The translations under genes and the position numbers were made by a program. Of a DNA stretch of 32,779 nt, positions 11,623-23,430 are shown piece after piece. The stretch covers positions 30,596,427 through 30,629,205 of the forward strand of contig NC_069001.1 in NCBI RefSeq assembly GCF_001194135.2, written 5' to 3'. The notes beneath the pieces are model-generated. The model did not search any database. It had not been told where the DNA came from and saw only the letters and a program-made list of their open reading frames with translations. Positions within the stretch are counted from its first letter, which is position 1. Every line of letters begins with the position of its first letter. This stretch comes from Octopus bimaculoides. Taxonomy: Eukaryota.

Positions 11623-11648
11623 TAAAATAAGTACCCCTCGAGGACTGA

Positions 11649-12075
11649 GAGTTTGTAAACAACGATACCAATGGAACACAACCTAGGTACCGTAGTAAGC
11701 AATGGAATAAAATACAAATAATTTATGATAAAATTAACAAAAAGAAGACGTGGTACAATGCCGACAATTTTCAAGGTGTGATGTTTGTAGAAGCCACACC
11801 ACACGTCGAACTAGCCCGCAGATTTAGAAAAATGCTGAAGGACACCATGTTCATCCTAATACTCATGGAAAAACCAGGGAGATCCATCGGATCGATGATA
11901 TGCAAAACATACCTCTTCACAAAGTTCACGCGTGTAGAAGGGAACTGTGTAATGTGCAAATATAGTCCTGGTGTCAACTGCAAAAGCAGAAATTTAATTT
12001 ATAGAATAAACTGCATGGATGGTGATCATTAAAACTAGAAGACTGCGTACATAGATGAAACGGGATTATGAAATA
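11649..12075 (+). pseudogene. Penelope-like retroelement remnant (RT-EN linker, Cys motif and GIY-YIG endonuclease start)
   Basis: One frame reads QPRYRSKQW...KKKTWY...GVMFVEATPHVELARRFRKML...EKPGRSIG...C-x2-C...C-x2-RNLIYRINCMDGDH*N*KTAYIDETG. The IY...YI(D)ET spacing resembles GIY-YIG of Penelope-like elements; stop codons are present. Confidence 0.7.
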
Positions 12076-12879
12076 GAGTTTTTTTGAAAAGCAAACTTCG
12101 AGGAATACTACACAAGAAAATATCAAATGACACTTGTGTGGGAAAACGTCTGAAAAATTGTTATCTTTATCTAAATATTTTAAAGAGATTTTTTGTGTAA
12201 GCTGAAAGAATGCGAGGCGATACAAAGTATACTACTAGGAGAAAAATAAAATAAAATAAAAGAGAACAAAGAAGCAGTTGTAATCACTTTTTCAGGATAT
12301 TTGGGAAAAAAAGCGAGTGATGGAAAAGTTGTCGTTTAGATGTGTGGGGAAGAAAGTGTCGGTCACGTATGTTTATTTGCATTGTGAAAATCTATCACTT
12401 TGCTAAAATTTGTCGAACCATTGACAGCTGACAGACACAATTCAACTAATTTGATTGGAGACATGGGATATAGTTGATTAAATCTTCAGCATTATCTGGC
12501 TGTTGTTACTTTCTCAATCTGGAAACAATAAAACAAATTGTCAAACTCATTGTGATTCGATGTCAAATCGAAAGAATTCATATCAAAATGCTTTGAATTA
12601 TTTTGTTCAATGATCTACTCTTACGACAGTTCACCGCTATCCCTATAACTGTTTATTTGCGATTTTATTATTGTTTCTTGGAGACCGTATCAATATGTTT
12701 GTGTGTATGTGTGTGTTATCATGATAACTGAATATGTTTAATTGAACAGGACAGATAGGATGATTTCAGAAGTATAATGGCAGATATTGTGGTTTGTTTA
12801 TGCGTTGTCTTCTTGGTGTTAATTCTAAACATTGAAATTAATATCATTTGTGCTATAAGCAAATGGCCCGGAATTCTGG

Positions 12880-13000
12880 AGGAGGGGTGAGTCAATTACA
12901 CTGCCCGAAATGCTCGACAAGTATTTTATTTATCGATTCCCGAGAAATGCCGCTGGGAATTTTGTCTGGTGCGCTAACGATTCTGCCAGCTCGCTACCTT
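12880..13000 (-). mobile_element. Degenerate SINE family 1 fragment
   Basis: gcgctaacgattctgccagctcgctacctt is the reverse complement of the head. Confidence 0.7.
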
Positions 13001-13239
13001 TATATTGAAACTAATATATAGATCTAAAACAGCTAAATAATCAGCAATATTATGTGAAGACTTAATGGATTAAAACGAACTTTATCGCTTCACTGGAATT
13101 TTATTCCATCGATCTCGTAAGGAGGCAATGCAAAATACGTCTCGGCCTATTTGAAATTTGAACGCAAAGGGCCAGAAAACCACAGATATCATTTTGTCTC
13201 ACGCAGAAAGGATTCAGCTTTTCCACCGCTTTTATTTCA

Positions 13240-13412
13240 AGCGAAATGTTTAGCGGTATTTCCTCTGCCCTATGTTCTGAGTTCAAATTCCAGCGAGGTC
13301 GACTTTGCCTTTCATTATTTCGAGTTCGATAAATTAAGTGCCAGTTGCGTGCTGGAGTCGATCTAATCGACTAGTTCCCTCTCAAGAATTTTCGGGCCTT
13401 GTGCCTAGCGTG
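13240..13412 (+). mobile_element. SINE family 1 copy with tail type 2
   Basis: gcgaaatgtttagcggtatttc...gaggtcgactttgcctttca...aattttcgggccttgtgcctagcgtggaaaa. Confidence 0.85.
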
Positions 13413-14130
13413 GAAAAAAAAAACGAATAATTTGCCTTCTATTTAAGCACAACTCCAACAATTTTGAAGAAGTGTGCTCTGTAGATCCTATCAAAATATT
13501 ACGTGAATAGTTCTTTATCTTATCGACACTAAGAACTAAATTCAAACTCAGCAGAAATTCTGCATCAAATTTCATACTATCAAATAGTTATGTACACATT
13601 CTGAACCGAAAGCAAGACCGAAAACCATGTAATAACTATGTCACTCACATAATGTCTGCCCGAAGCATTGTTACTTGTGTGTGTTGGGTTATTGGTGTAT
13701 TGGAAAATTCTGTGATCGAAGGCTTCATTTGTTATTGATGACGTATTCGTGAGTGTGTGAACTTACTTCGTTATATGTCATTAAATATTCTCTTGTTATT
13801 CATATTTTTTTGTTAGAACAAATGTCACAACGTAAGTTCCGGTTGTTTTTTGTTTTGTATTTTTCTATTAAAAATTTATGCAAGTCATTATAGAATTTTT
13901 GATATCAGTACCGAATAAACGAGACACATCTCTCCTGCGTACAAAATATTTGACGATGTTGTCATTCAGAAAGTTACTTTCATACTTCCTGGAATAATGG
14001 TTCTTCTATTGTGGTGACTTTTTCTCAATAAGGATAGAATTGATGCTGTGAGTAATAAAATATGACGATCATTAAACGGTTCCACGTTACAAATGTCATT
14101 TTATTGTTCATTGTTCATATACAAAATAGG

Positions 14131-14426
14131 ACGGTGAGCTGTCAGGCTAGAACGCCGGGTGAAATGCTGAGCGGTATTTCGTCTGCCGCTACGTTCTGTG
14201 CTCAAATTCCACCGGGTCAACTGTGCCTTTCATGCTTTCGGGGTCGATAAATTAAGGCGTAGCAATGGCTGTGTGGTAAGTAGGTTGCTTACGAACCACA
14301 TGGTTCCGGGTTCAGTCCCACTGCGGGGGACCTTGGGCAACTGTCTTCTACTATAGCCTCGGGCAGACCAAAGCCTTGTGAGTGGATTTGTTAGACGGAA
14401 ACTGAAACAAGCCCGTCGTATATGTG

Positions 14427-14499
<73 letters not shown>

Positions 14500-14786
14500 T
14501 TGTGTGTCTGTGCCCCCCCCCCGAACATCGCTTGACAACCGATGGTGGTGTGTTTACGTCCCCGTAACTTAGCGGTTCGGCGGAGGAGAACGATGGAATA
14601 AGTACTAGGCTTACAAAGAATAAGTCCTGGGGTCGATTTGCTTGACTAAAAGCGGTGCTCCAGCATGGCCGCAGTGAAATGACTGAAACGAGTAAAAGAG
14701 TTTACCAGTTACGTACTGAGGTGATCTAATCGGCTGGTCCCCTCCCACCAAAGTTCAGGTTTGTGCTTATTATAGAAACGATTATT
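14131..14786 (+). mobile_element. SINE family 1 copy (14131-14256 + 14703-14786) split by a family 2 SINE
   Basis: Host sequence stops at gataaattaag and resumes at taccagttacgtactg, which is contiguous (taagtaccagtt) in uninterrupted copies. Confidence 0.8.
14256..14700 (+). mobile_element. tRNA-headed SINE family 2 with internal (TA)n(TG)n microsatellite
   Basis: Head ggcgtagcaatggctgtgtggtaag, B-box-like gggttcagtccca, central microsatellite 14425-14500, 3' part ending gactgaaacgagtaaaagag. Homologous minus-strand pieces at 24795-25012 and 25263-25370. Confidence 0.85.
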
Positions 14787-14959
14787 CATATACAAAATTT
14801 TTTGCATTCTCTTCTGCATTCTCCGTTAAGATCGAACAAATCAAAGACGCTCCAGTTATGACCATCCTGCCATAACTTTTCTACTTGCAGGGAAACCAGT
14901 ATCACCTTATACAACGCGCTATGTTCTGGTATATATACATTTGTCAAAGGCACCAGAGA

Positions 14960-15790
14960 GATGAGACATTGTTTAAGAGGTGATAGAGCTTAATGGTTGT
15001 TTCATGGATGGAAGGATTTCTTTATGATCAGGTGAGTAATTGGCTTTGTGATCGTTGTGTCAACTAAACTCTACCAAGTATTTGAAGTGCTGAATGATTT
15101 AATTTTACTTGAGCGCAGTGGTAACGGAAACCTTGAGGAACTTAGATCAAATCCTTTGTTATGCATGTTTCAAAGGACAGTTTTAATAAATTATCAATAT
15201 ATTTCTGATAGTTTAGATGGGAAGGGTAACTTGCTCGTCACGGCGAGCTAGCATAAATCTATCGCAGCTGCAAACAGGCGGCTTGTTTGACTGTCGTAGA
15301 GCAGGTATATGTGAAGCGTGGAGTATGATATGGATGTGGGTTGAGCGAATGTGATGAAGGAACAGCTGTACGGACTGGCAAGGTGAAGACGGTTCCGATT
15401 CGGTGGATGGAATTTTAACAATGTCAACTGATTAAGGGTGAGTAGATTGACTCACTGCTGGTCAAAGTTTCATGTCAGAGATGAAATACGCTGATTTAGA
15501 GAATCTCGGATGGCAAAAGAAATGTTGATATTTGAATCGACCACATTAATGTCGGAGGGTTGCGGGAGATATAAAACTGATGACTTGCTAGGGATCAAGA
15601 AAATCGTAAAACATTAGAGTAAGTTGATATATTTGAGGGAGTGAGAGAAGGAGACTTTGAGTTAGAGTGAATGGAAGCTACAATTACTGATATCCAAGAA
15701 ATATAAGTGTATGCCGGGAAATTGAAAATGTGTGTATACAGACACCAAATGCGAAGTGTTTATATTAATTTCTCCCCAATTGTGGAGTCA
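14960..15790 (-). mobile_element. Possible highly degraded LINE fragment
   Basis: Non-microsatellite, more GC-rich block with only weak minus-strand similarity to AP-endonuclease-type motifs; no intact motif seen. Confidence 0.2.
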
Positions 15791-15863
15791 GACTACTAGT
15801 GTTGAAAATGATATGTTCCAGCGTAGAATATACCTATCCCAGTGTATACAGAACTTTCCACGT

Positions 15864-15889
<26 letters not shown>

Positions 15890-15895
<6 letters not shown>

Positions 15896-16016
15896 ATGTG
15901 ACCACTAAGTGGTATTTCGCTGAATTTCTTTTGAGAACTGTTAGGTCTTAGTAGACACAACATGTGATCTTCTTCTAGCACATTAAATGTCCACTTTAGT
16001 GGTCATAGTCATATAT
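15890..16016. mobile_element. Short MITE-like fold-back related to 24269-24671
   Basis: Inverted pair gaccactaagtgg (15900-15912) / ccactttagtggtc (15991-16004). The right arm reverse complement atgaccactaaagtggacatttaatgtgctagaa matches the TIR at 24285. Confidence 0.6.
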
Positions 16017-16148
16017 AAACATATACCTTAATCCCCTAAGATCATAGATATTTTTTCTGAATGTCTGATTCTTTCAATGTGCTAGCTTCCTTGTAATAAA
16101 TCGATATTAATTAATATCTGATTTTTTTACCCTATGTTTTAATTTGAT

Positions 16149-16204
<56 letters not shown>

Positions 16205-16240
16205 CGTGTGCGTGTGTGTGTGTGTATAACACCTACTTAC

Positions 16241-16300
16241 CTGAAAAAGATTAAACATTTTGTAGATTCAGTTAGTCGCTAATTCCTAGAAAAGCCTTTC
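16241..16300 (-). other. Candidate 60-nt exon or recursive splice site
   Basis: Minus strand: acceptor tcttctatttttcag | 60 nt ending caaaATGtttaatctttttcag | gtaagtag. Internal gactaac branch-like motif about 30 nt before the final AG. Confidence 0.35.
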
Positions 16301-16399
16301 CTGAAAAATAGAAGACGTTTTCTATACGATGTAGCATTAGGCAAGCAATTTTATGCTAAAAGTTCGGATGTTTGCATCAGTAGTACAACTGGCGTCAGC

Positions 16400-16401
<2 letters not shown>

Positions 16402-16453
<52 letters not shown>

Positions 16454-16760
16454 AAAAGAAATAGTAGCTGCATCAGCCTACTATTATTACTACTACTACA
16501 ACTTAAAAGAAATAGTAGTTGTAGTAGTAAAAGGAGAGAAGATAAAAACATCCTGAAGATGACGAACAACAGGAAGAGCTTGAGAATGAGAAGGATGATG
16601 AAGCTGACGATGAAGATGCTGATGATGACGATGAAGGGATGATGACGAACGATGAAGATGATGAGGACGGCGATGAAGCTGATGATGAAAGATAACGAAA
16701 TATAAGAAGTAGAGAGAATAAGAGCAGAAACAAGAAGAAAAGAAAATAACAAAGAAAAAT
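16402..16760. repeat. (ACT)n microsatellite and GAT/GAA-rich low-complexity region
   Basis: Directly visible trinucleotide periodicity. Confidence 0.9.
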
Positions 16761-17087
16761 TGTCAGATCAGCGATGACAAGGAAAATAATACACAAAAAC
16801 ATTAAAAATCTTATATGACAAAAAATAAAAAAGATTTTAATCCCAAAATTGCAGAAAAATCGTGGATATTGAATAGACATTTCGAGTATGTCACAATTCT
16901 CGAACGTTCGTCATTACTTTTTGCATTTATTATTAGAAATATGGAATTGGATATTTGCAATAACAATAAGGAAATAGCATACTATAAAAGCTGAAACATG
17001 AATATTAAGAAGCAGCGTTTCCATTTGTTTAAATTTCATTATCGCTTTATGTTTCTATTTCTACACACACACACACACGCACATGTA

Positions 17088-17148
<61 letters not shown>

Positions 17149-17746
17149 AATAGATGGATAGATAGGTTAATAGGTAGGTAGATAGATATGATTGATATGA
17201 TAGATTCATATATACATATATGTGTGTATATATTTATCTATATATATATATATATATATATATATGAATGTGAGTCTGTATATATGTATATATATATGGA
17301 TATATGTAACTAGGCTGATATATATCACGTATGTGTTTACGCAAATGTGCCTACACATACACATATCCACACGCTATTTATATGTATGTGTGTGTGTGTG
17401 TGTGTGTGTGTGCATTTATGTTTTTATATTGAGAGAGTAACAGAAGATTATCGGATTAGAGTTGCCTTGTAGCTTCCAGGATATTTGCCGTTGATTCAGG
17501 TGGATTAAATTCGATGGGTAAGCATAAGTAAATTGCATATAATGAATTTGTTTGTTTACACAATGGAAATTTGCATAAATATATACATACATATATACAT
17601 GCATACTTATATATATATATATATATATATNNNNNNNNNNNNNNNNNNNNNNNNNTATGTATATATATATATATGTATTTGTGTATTATATATGCATATG
17701 AATATAATGTCTGTGTATGTATGTGTGTGTTTAAAGGAACGAAGTT

Positions 17747-17785
<39 letters not shown>

Positions 17786-18366
17786 ACACACTTAAATGCC
17801 GAACGATGAAAATGTGTACTCAATACAGCATTAGTGTACAATTTCTTTATTATTTGTGAATGAAGGCTACCAAAGGTAGGAAGATATCCTAATGTCTTAA
17901 CAATTTCTTAAGGCAATCATATGGAGAAAGGTGTTCGCCTCCATTTTGAAAAAAAAAAAGTTTCGTTTAGTTCGCGGAGGTCTCGTGAATTCACGTGAAT
18001 AAAACTATGAATCAATGAATCAAGAGTTGTTACTTTTGGGTGGCATCTTTTGCGTGTATGTCTCCCTTGGACTTGCTTTCGGGAAAATTGTTGTGTGGTC
18101 AGTTTGTTTGCATCGTTCTGTTTTTGTTCTCGGCACATTGTTCTTATATTTGTGTGCCCCGGTAGTTCGTTATTGGGACATATTTAATTCTGTCTGTGGA
18201 GTTTGTGTGCTATGTGTTTTTAGATTTTAAACTCAAGAAGACTTTATTAAATAAAATGACGAGTCTATATGTTTTCAGTAAAAATGCATTATTGTCTGTT
18301 TCTAAGAGACATTTTTGTGTAAGAATATAACTGTGCTCAAATACCTTACACACACTGTATACATAT

Positions 18367-18404
<38 letters not shown>

Positions 18405-18593
18405 NNNNNNNNNNNNNNNNNNNNNNNNNNNNNNNNNNNNNNNNNNNNNNNNNNNNNNNNNNNNNNNNNNNNNNNNNNNNNNNNNNNNNNNNNNNNNNNN
18501 NNNNNNNNNNNNNNNNNNNNNNNNNNNNNNNNNNNNNNNNNNNNNNNNNNNNNNNNNNNNNNNNNNNNNNNNNNNNNNNNNNNNNNNNNNNNN

Positions 18594-18686
<93 letters not shown>

Positions 18687-18737
18687 GTGCGGATTAGTAG
18701 TACAACAAGGCACCAATATTTATTGGAAATAGCAGTC

Positions 18738-19101
18738 GATACAAATACGACACTATTGCAAATCTTCACTGCGTATATTACTGGCAAAGACTTGTGAGTG
18801 CAACAAACTTTTTCACTGTTCTCGTTCTGTTAACGGCTAAGTGTTCAGGCGTGTATACTAGCATTGATGTGCCAACATTTGTAACATTGTCTAGGTGCAT
18901 GCAGCTGATGAAGACTGATCAAATTTACGTTGACAAACTTATTGGGAAAGTCTGAAACTTAGGTACTACATTATCCGATTCTGGGAGTCCATTTATCTTA
19001 TGTTATTCCTAGAGGTAAGAGAAATTTTTCATGTTTGTTGCACTCACACGTCTTTGCCAGCATATATGTATTGAAGCTTACAATATCGTCGTATTTGTAT
19101 C
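18738..19101. repeat. Imperfect inverted repeat (about 70-bp arms) enclosing a hammerhead-like motif
   Basis: 18738-18808 gatacaaatacgac...ctggcaaagacttgtgagtgcaacaaac is the imperfect reverse complement of 19033-19101. The right arm runs into an N gap. Confidence 0.85.
18899..18971 (+). ncRNA. Type I hammerhead ribozyme-like motif
   Basis: Stem I atgcag/ctacat (one mismatch); CTGATGA at 18905-18911; stem II agact/agtct (18912-16 / 18949-53); GAAA at 18954-57; stem III C-ttag-G; GUA cleavage triplet at 18963-65. Confidence 0.6.
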
Positions 19102-21519
19102 NNNNNNNNNNNNNNNNNNNNNNNNNNNNNNNNNNNNNNNNNNNNNNNNNNNNNNNNNNNNNNNNNNNNNNNNNNNNNNNNNNNNNNNNNNNNNNNNNNN
19201 NTATTTATGTGTTTTAGCCAAGTGGCTGCGGTCATGCTGGTGCACCATATAATATATACTGGGAGAGAGAAAGTAAAGAAAAACAGAAAAGAATGAAGAG
19301 GACAAAAAGAAAATATATATGATTGAATATACTCATGTAGACGCTTAACTCAAAACGAAGGATTGCATTTTAGAAAAGGAAAAATCTGTAAAAATGCCAT
19401 TATTCCTATTATTATTATTATTATTGCTATCGATACGGTTCTTGTTTTTATTTTTCTCTCTGTTCTTGTCGTTACAAAAACGAAAGACAGGTTGATTTTG
19501 CACGTGTAAATGTAATTATATCCATACACAATTATGAATAACATATGAATTTCTCAGATCTACGCACATGTTGGAACACATACAAATGTATGTGTACACG
19601 TATAACATACATTCATACGTATATANNNNNNNNNNTGTATATGTATTATGTATGTGCGTGTGTATATATGTATGTATTTAATAATCCATAAATATGCAAG
19701 CGCGTGTCCTTATTTAAGTTAAAAATATAAATGCGTTCATATAACTGTGATATGTGGCAGAAATACAACCATACACATTGTTTATACACTTTGGTCTGTC
19801 TTTTTTTTTACTTTCATAAACCCTTATTAACCCTTTGCATGTTCACATAACTCAATAATAACCACCACTTCTAATTTTTTTTTTTTTTTCAACACGCCTA
19901 TCTTTTATTCTTCAACTTTGTGTAATGATGTTTGTAATATTCCGCTGTGGTATATTTTTCGTTCTCTTGCAAAACAGAATACACGAAAATTTTTATTAGT
20001 CTCTTCGGCAGTTTTCACTGCAAAAGATTTTGTTTTAGATTTTGTTTATGTTATTGACGATATCTGTCTCCATAATTGGTCATGAAATAGCTTGGTCATT
20101 GTCTTTCATGTCTGTTTGTGTTTATTTTTATGGCTCCAAATATGTTTTGTTTTGAGTATTAATATACGAATGTCGTAGTATTTTTTAAAGAAATTCTTCA
20201 CAATATATTTTGCTGTATGAACTTACGTTTAGGAATCTAATTTGTTTATTTTTTTCTGTGTTATGTTCACAACAAATCACAAGCCTCAGTATTGTCGTAT
20301 ATATGATGTAAACTTTATAATTCTAGATTTTGTATCCGGAATAAAACAAACACACTCCTATCGACACAAAGATTTTCTGCATCTAAAACAACACCTCATT
20401 GCAATATGTTATATCACTCTACATAAAATGAAAGTAGACATACCTTTTTTTTTTGATAAAAGAAATATTTTATATAAAATTTTCCCCTAAAATAATATAG
20501 ACGATAGCCATAGAAGCAATATTAATGTCAACATGGAATACAAAAATAAACGTACAACTCCAGTAGTAGAGACCAACGTTAGAGCCAATGCGTCGGCGAC
20601 CACATAGATATAGAAATAACAGCCAGATTTTCATCAGATTGTAGTAAATTTCTTAGAAATGGAAGAAGCACAATGCACAATGCCGGCACATATGCGGTGC
20701 ATGATTATGGATGGTCCGGTAATAATTGCTATGTTTGTCCTTATGTCTACTTAAAATGGAGTTCTCAGCTGCAAATCTACATCAACCCTAATTACCACAG
20801 ACAAACATTCTTTTAATTGGAGAAACAAAGTTCTGGTGTTGATGATGAAAAGCATATAAAGCATTATATGATGTTTACTCACCTGCGGTAGAACAGCAAT
20901 TTATACAACGACTAACTGCATTTATTTTACAGTAGTCTTACATAGAGATCCAATACTTAGAGTCGTAAGCAAGCTTGTGTCCTGGAGTCAGTCGAAGCTC
21001 GATTCTAGAAATACACACCGTCATCCAGGATCTCCTATGCCAGATAATCATGGGACTTTCTTTAATTGTCTATGTACTGACCCTCATCGAAATGCTTAGT
21101 CAAAGTCTTCGGGAGGCTTATTTCCCAAACTTCACGTTGGAAGTCCTCCTCTTCTGCTCAATCGTCTAATGATCCCCAGTGGTCCACAGGCCTATGTTGG
21201 GATCAATTGCATATTTACGTAGCTTCTTTGGATTGTAATACTGGACTCATCACCACGGTTTTTTATTATTTCGTTTATATATGACATTCAAGTGTTTACT
21301 GGTCGAACATAGCAAATTCGAATCTTCTATTTTATGCATACTTCCAACTGTTGTGTACTTCCATTCTCCACGAGACGATGTAGCTCAGCTCTTTCTCGAT
21401 GATGAACTGCTGGTTCGATTTCTAGTCGCTCAGTATACATTAAAAAATTTTTTTTTTTTATTGATGAGTACGAGAAAATCTCCGGTAAAATTGATTTTAC
21501 GGTAATATTGTAATATAAG

Positions 21520-21952
21520 TTAAGGTGGTGAACCGGCAGAATCATTAGCACGATGATCAAAATGCTTAGCGGTATTTCGTCTGCCGCTACGTTCTGAGTT
21601 GAAATTCCGCCGAGGTCGACTTTGCCTTTCCTCCTTTTGGGGTCGGTTAAATAAGTACCAGTTACGTACTGGGGGTCGATATAATCGACTTAATCCGTCC
21701 TTGTTTGTCCCCTCTGTGTGTATCCCGCTGTGGGCAGTAAAAAAATAAGAATCATTAGCACGCTGATCAAAATGTTTAGCGGTATTTCCCCTGTCTGCAT
21801 GTTCTGGATTTGAATTCTGCCGGTGTCTATTTTGTCTTTTATCATTTTGGAGGTCGATAAATTCTCTACCAGTTGAACATTGGAGTCTATGTAATCAACT
21901 AATACTCTCACTCCAAATTCGTGGCGTTGAACCAAAACTTGAAAATAATATT
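21520..21952 (+). mobile_element. Old SINE family 1 host (tail type 2) containing a younger tail-type-1 SINE (21565-21747)
   Basis: 27-bp duplication agaatcattagcacg(a/c)tgatcaaaatg at 21538-21564 and 21748-21774. The insert has a near-consensus body and the tail gtttgtcccctctgtgtgtatcccgctgtgggcagtaaaaaaata. Confidence 0.85.
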
Positions 21953-23399
21953 GTAAGGTAGGTTGTCATGCCAAATACCATTTCTTTTCTTTGTAAATTT
22001 ATGCTGGCTGACCATTTGTTGTTTTTTATTGTTTTTTGTCTTGAGGGGGGGGGGTTAGTCCTTCATCTATTCTTGGCGTTCACTTCATGCTTTTGGTTAA
22101 CTGTAATTTCCTGCCATCAAAATAAAAGTGGTTTCAACAGAAAATTGTGAAGCAGTTTCATGTGTGACATTAACCGGTATAAGATTACAGACATTTGAAG
22201 AGAGGCCTACAATTAATCACAGACATTTGAATATTTCTCTACTATTCCCGCGCTGTCTTCGTTGCGAGTTCTCTGATTACTGTTCAATCCGATATCTCTG
22301 AAGAATGATTCCACAATGTTATACAGCTTCTTCATATAACTTTCGTGGGGTCATAGGCACGATATCACACGACTGGGTAGCTGATTTCTGTTCTTCATAG
22401 TTTTCTATCATTATGTGTGATGTCTAAATCTCACGCTAACCGAGCCTACATTGTTAATGTTTATTTCTGTTTTTATATATTCATGAATTAGCTAACCGTT
22501 ACAGTCATTTACAAGTATCAGTTGCGTCACTTCCAGCGCGGTTTGAAATCGTATGTAAAATCTCAAATTGTTACCATTAAACTAGCTCCCTAATTCATTA
22601 AATAGTATTATTCCTGTAATGTAAGTGGTTCATTTCAGTAACTTCACTCTTAGTGAAACGCCAATCGTCGCCCACACTTTCTTAAAACAGATTCAAACCG
22701 AAGTAACAATTCAACCTCATTTTGAGTAACGTGTAATTGGAATGAGCCCACTGAACGAAACCTTGGTTTAGATATCTTCTACTCACGCTACAACTTAATG
22801 AATCTATACAATGCAACGTATAATTACAAAGCAAATGCGTATTTTATTATGTTCCGCATTCATTTGTACATCATTAATTCCTATTTCAATGTTATAAATC
22901 TATTTACTTATTTCCTTGAAACTCAGGAAATTAACTTCAATCTTATATATTTTTTTACTTAATCTTTATATCTTTAAAAATATTTTTTTCCCGTTAGCAT
23001 TTTTAAAAATCTCGCGTTTACTTTGACGCTTTAGATTTATGTTTGAATTTCTGGAAGTCAAAAGCATCTGCTTATTCTGTGTGCATATATATATATATAT
23101 ATANNNNNNNNNNNNNNNNNNNNNNNNNNNNNNNNNNNNNNNNNNNNNNNNNNNNNNNNNNNNNNNNNNNNNNNNNNNNNNNNNNNNNNNNNNNNNNNNN
23201 NNNNNNNNNNNNNNNNNNNNNNNNNNNNNNNNNNNNNNNNNNNNNNNNNNNNNNNNNNNNNNNNNNNNNNNNNNNNNNNNNNNNNNNNNNNNNNNNNNNN
23301 NNNNNNNNNNNNNNNNNNNNNNNNNNNNNNNNNNNNNNNNNNNNNNNNNNNNNNNNNNNNNNNNNNNNNNNNNNNNNNNNNNNNNNNNNNNNNNNNNNN

Positions 23400-23430
<31 letters not shown>

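Larger units (their letters stand above)
11223..11636 (+). mobile_element. Host SINE family 1 copy interrupted by a younger SINE
   Basis: Head 11223-11254; body resumes at 11481 and ends gataaaataagtaccc. Confidence 0.8.

Noticed and set aside
11415-11804. ORF with RPRRDERQS repeats; possible CRISPR-like array
   Set aside because: It is the antisense reading of the 27-bp SINE-core triplication. The repeats have no spacers and the context is eukaryotic.
15577-15605. CTGATGA motif followed by cttg...caag
   Set aside because: No properly placed GAAA, stem III or stem I. The ctgaaga at 25390 was rejected for the same reason.
16548-16695. Acidic D/E-rich open frame (HPEDDEQQEELENEKDDEADD...)
   Set aside because: Embedded in GAT/GAA low-complexity sequence with no start, splice signals or domain.
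20583-20816. About 77-codon stop-free plus-strand frame (SQCVGDHIDIEITARFSSDC...)
   Set aside because: No recognisable domain and weak splice context; not distinguishable from chance without a homology search.
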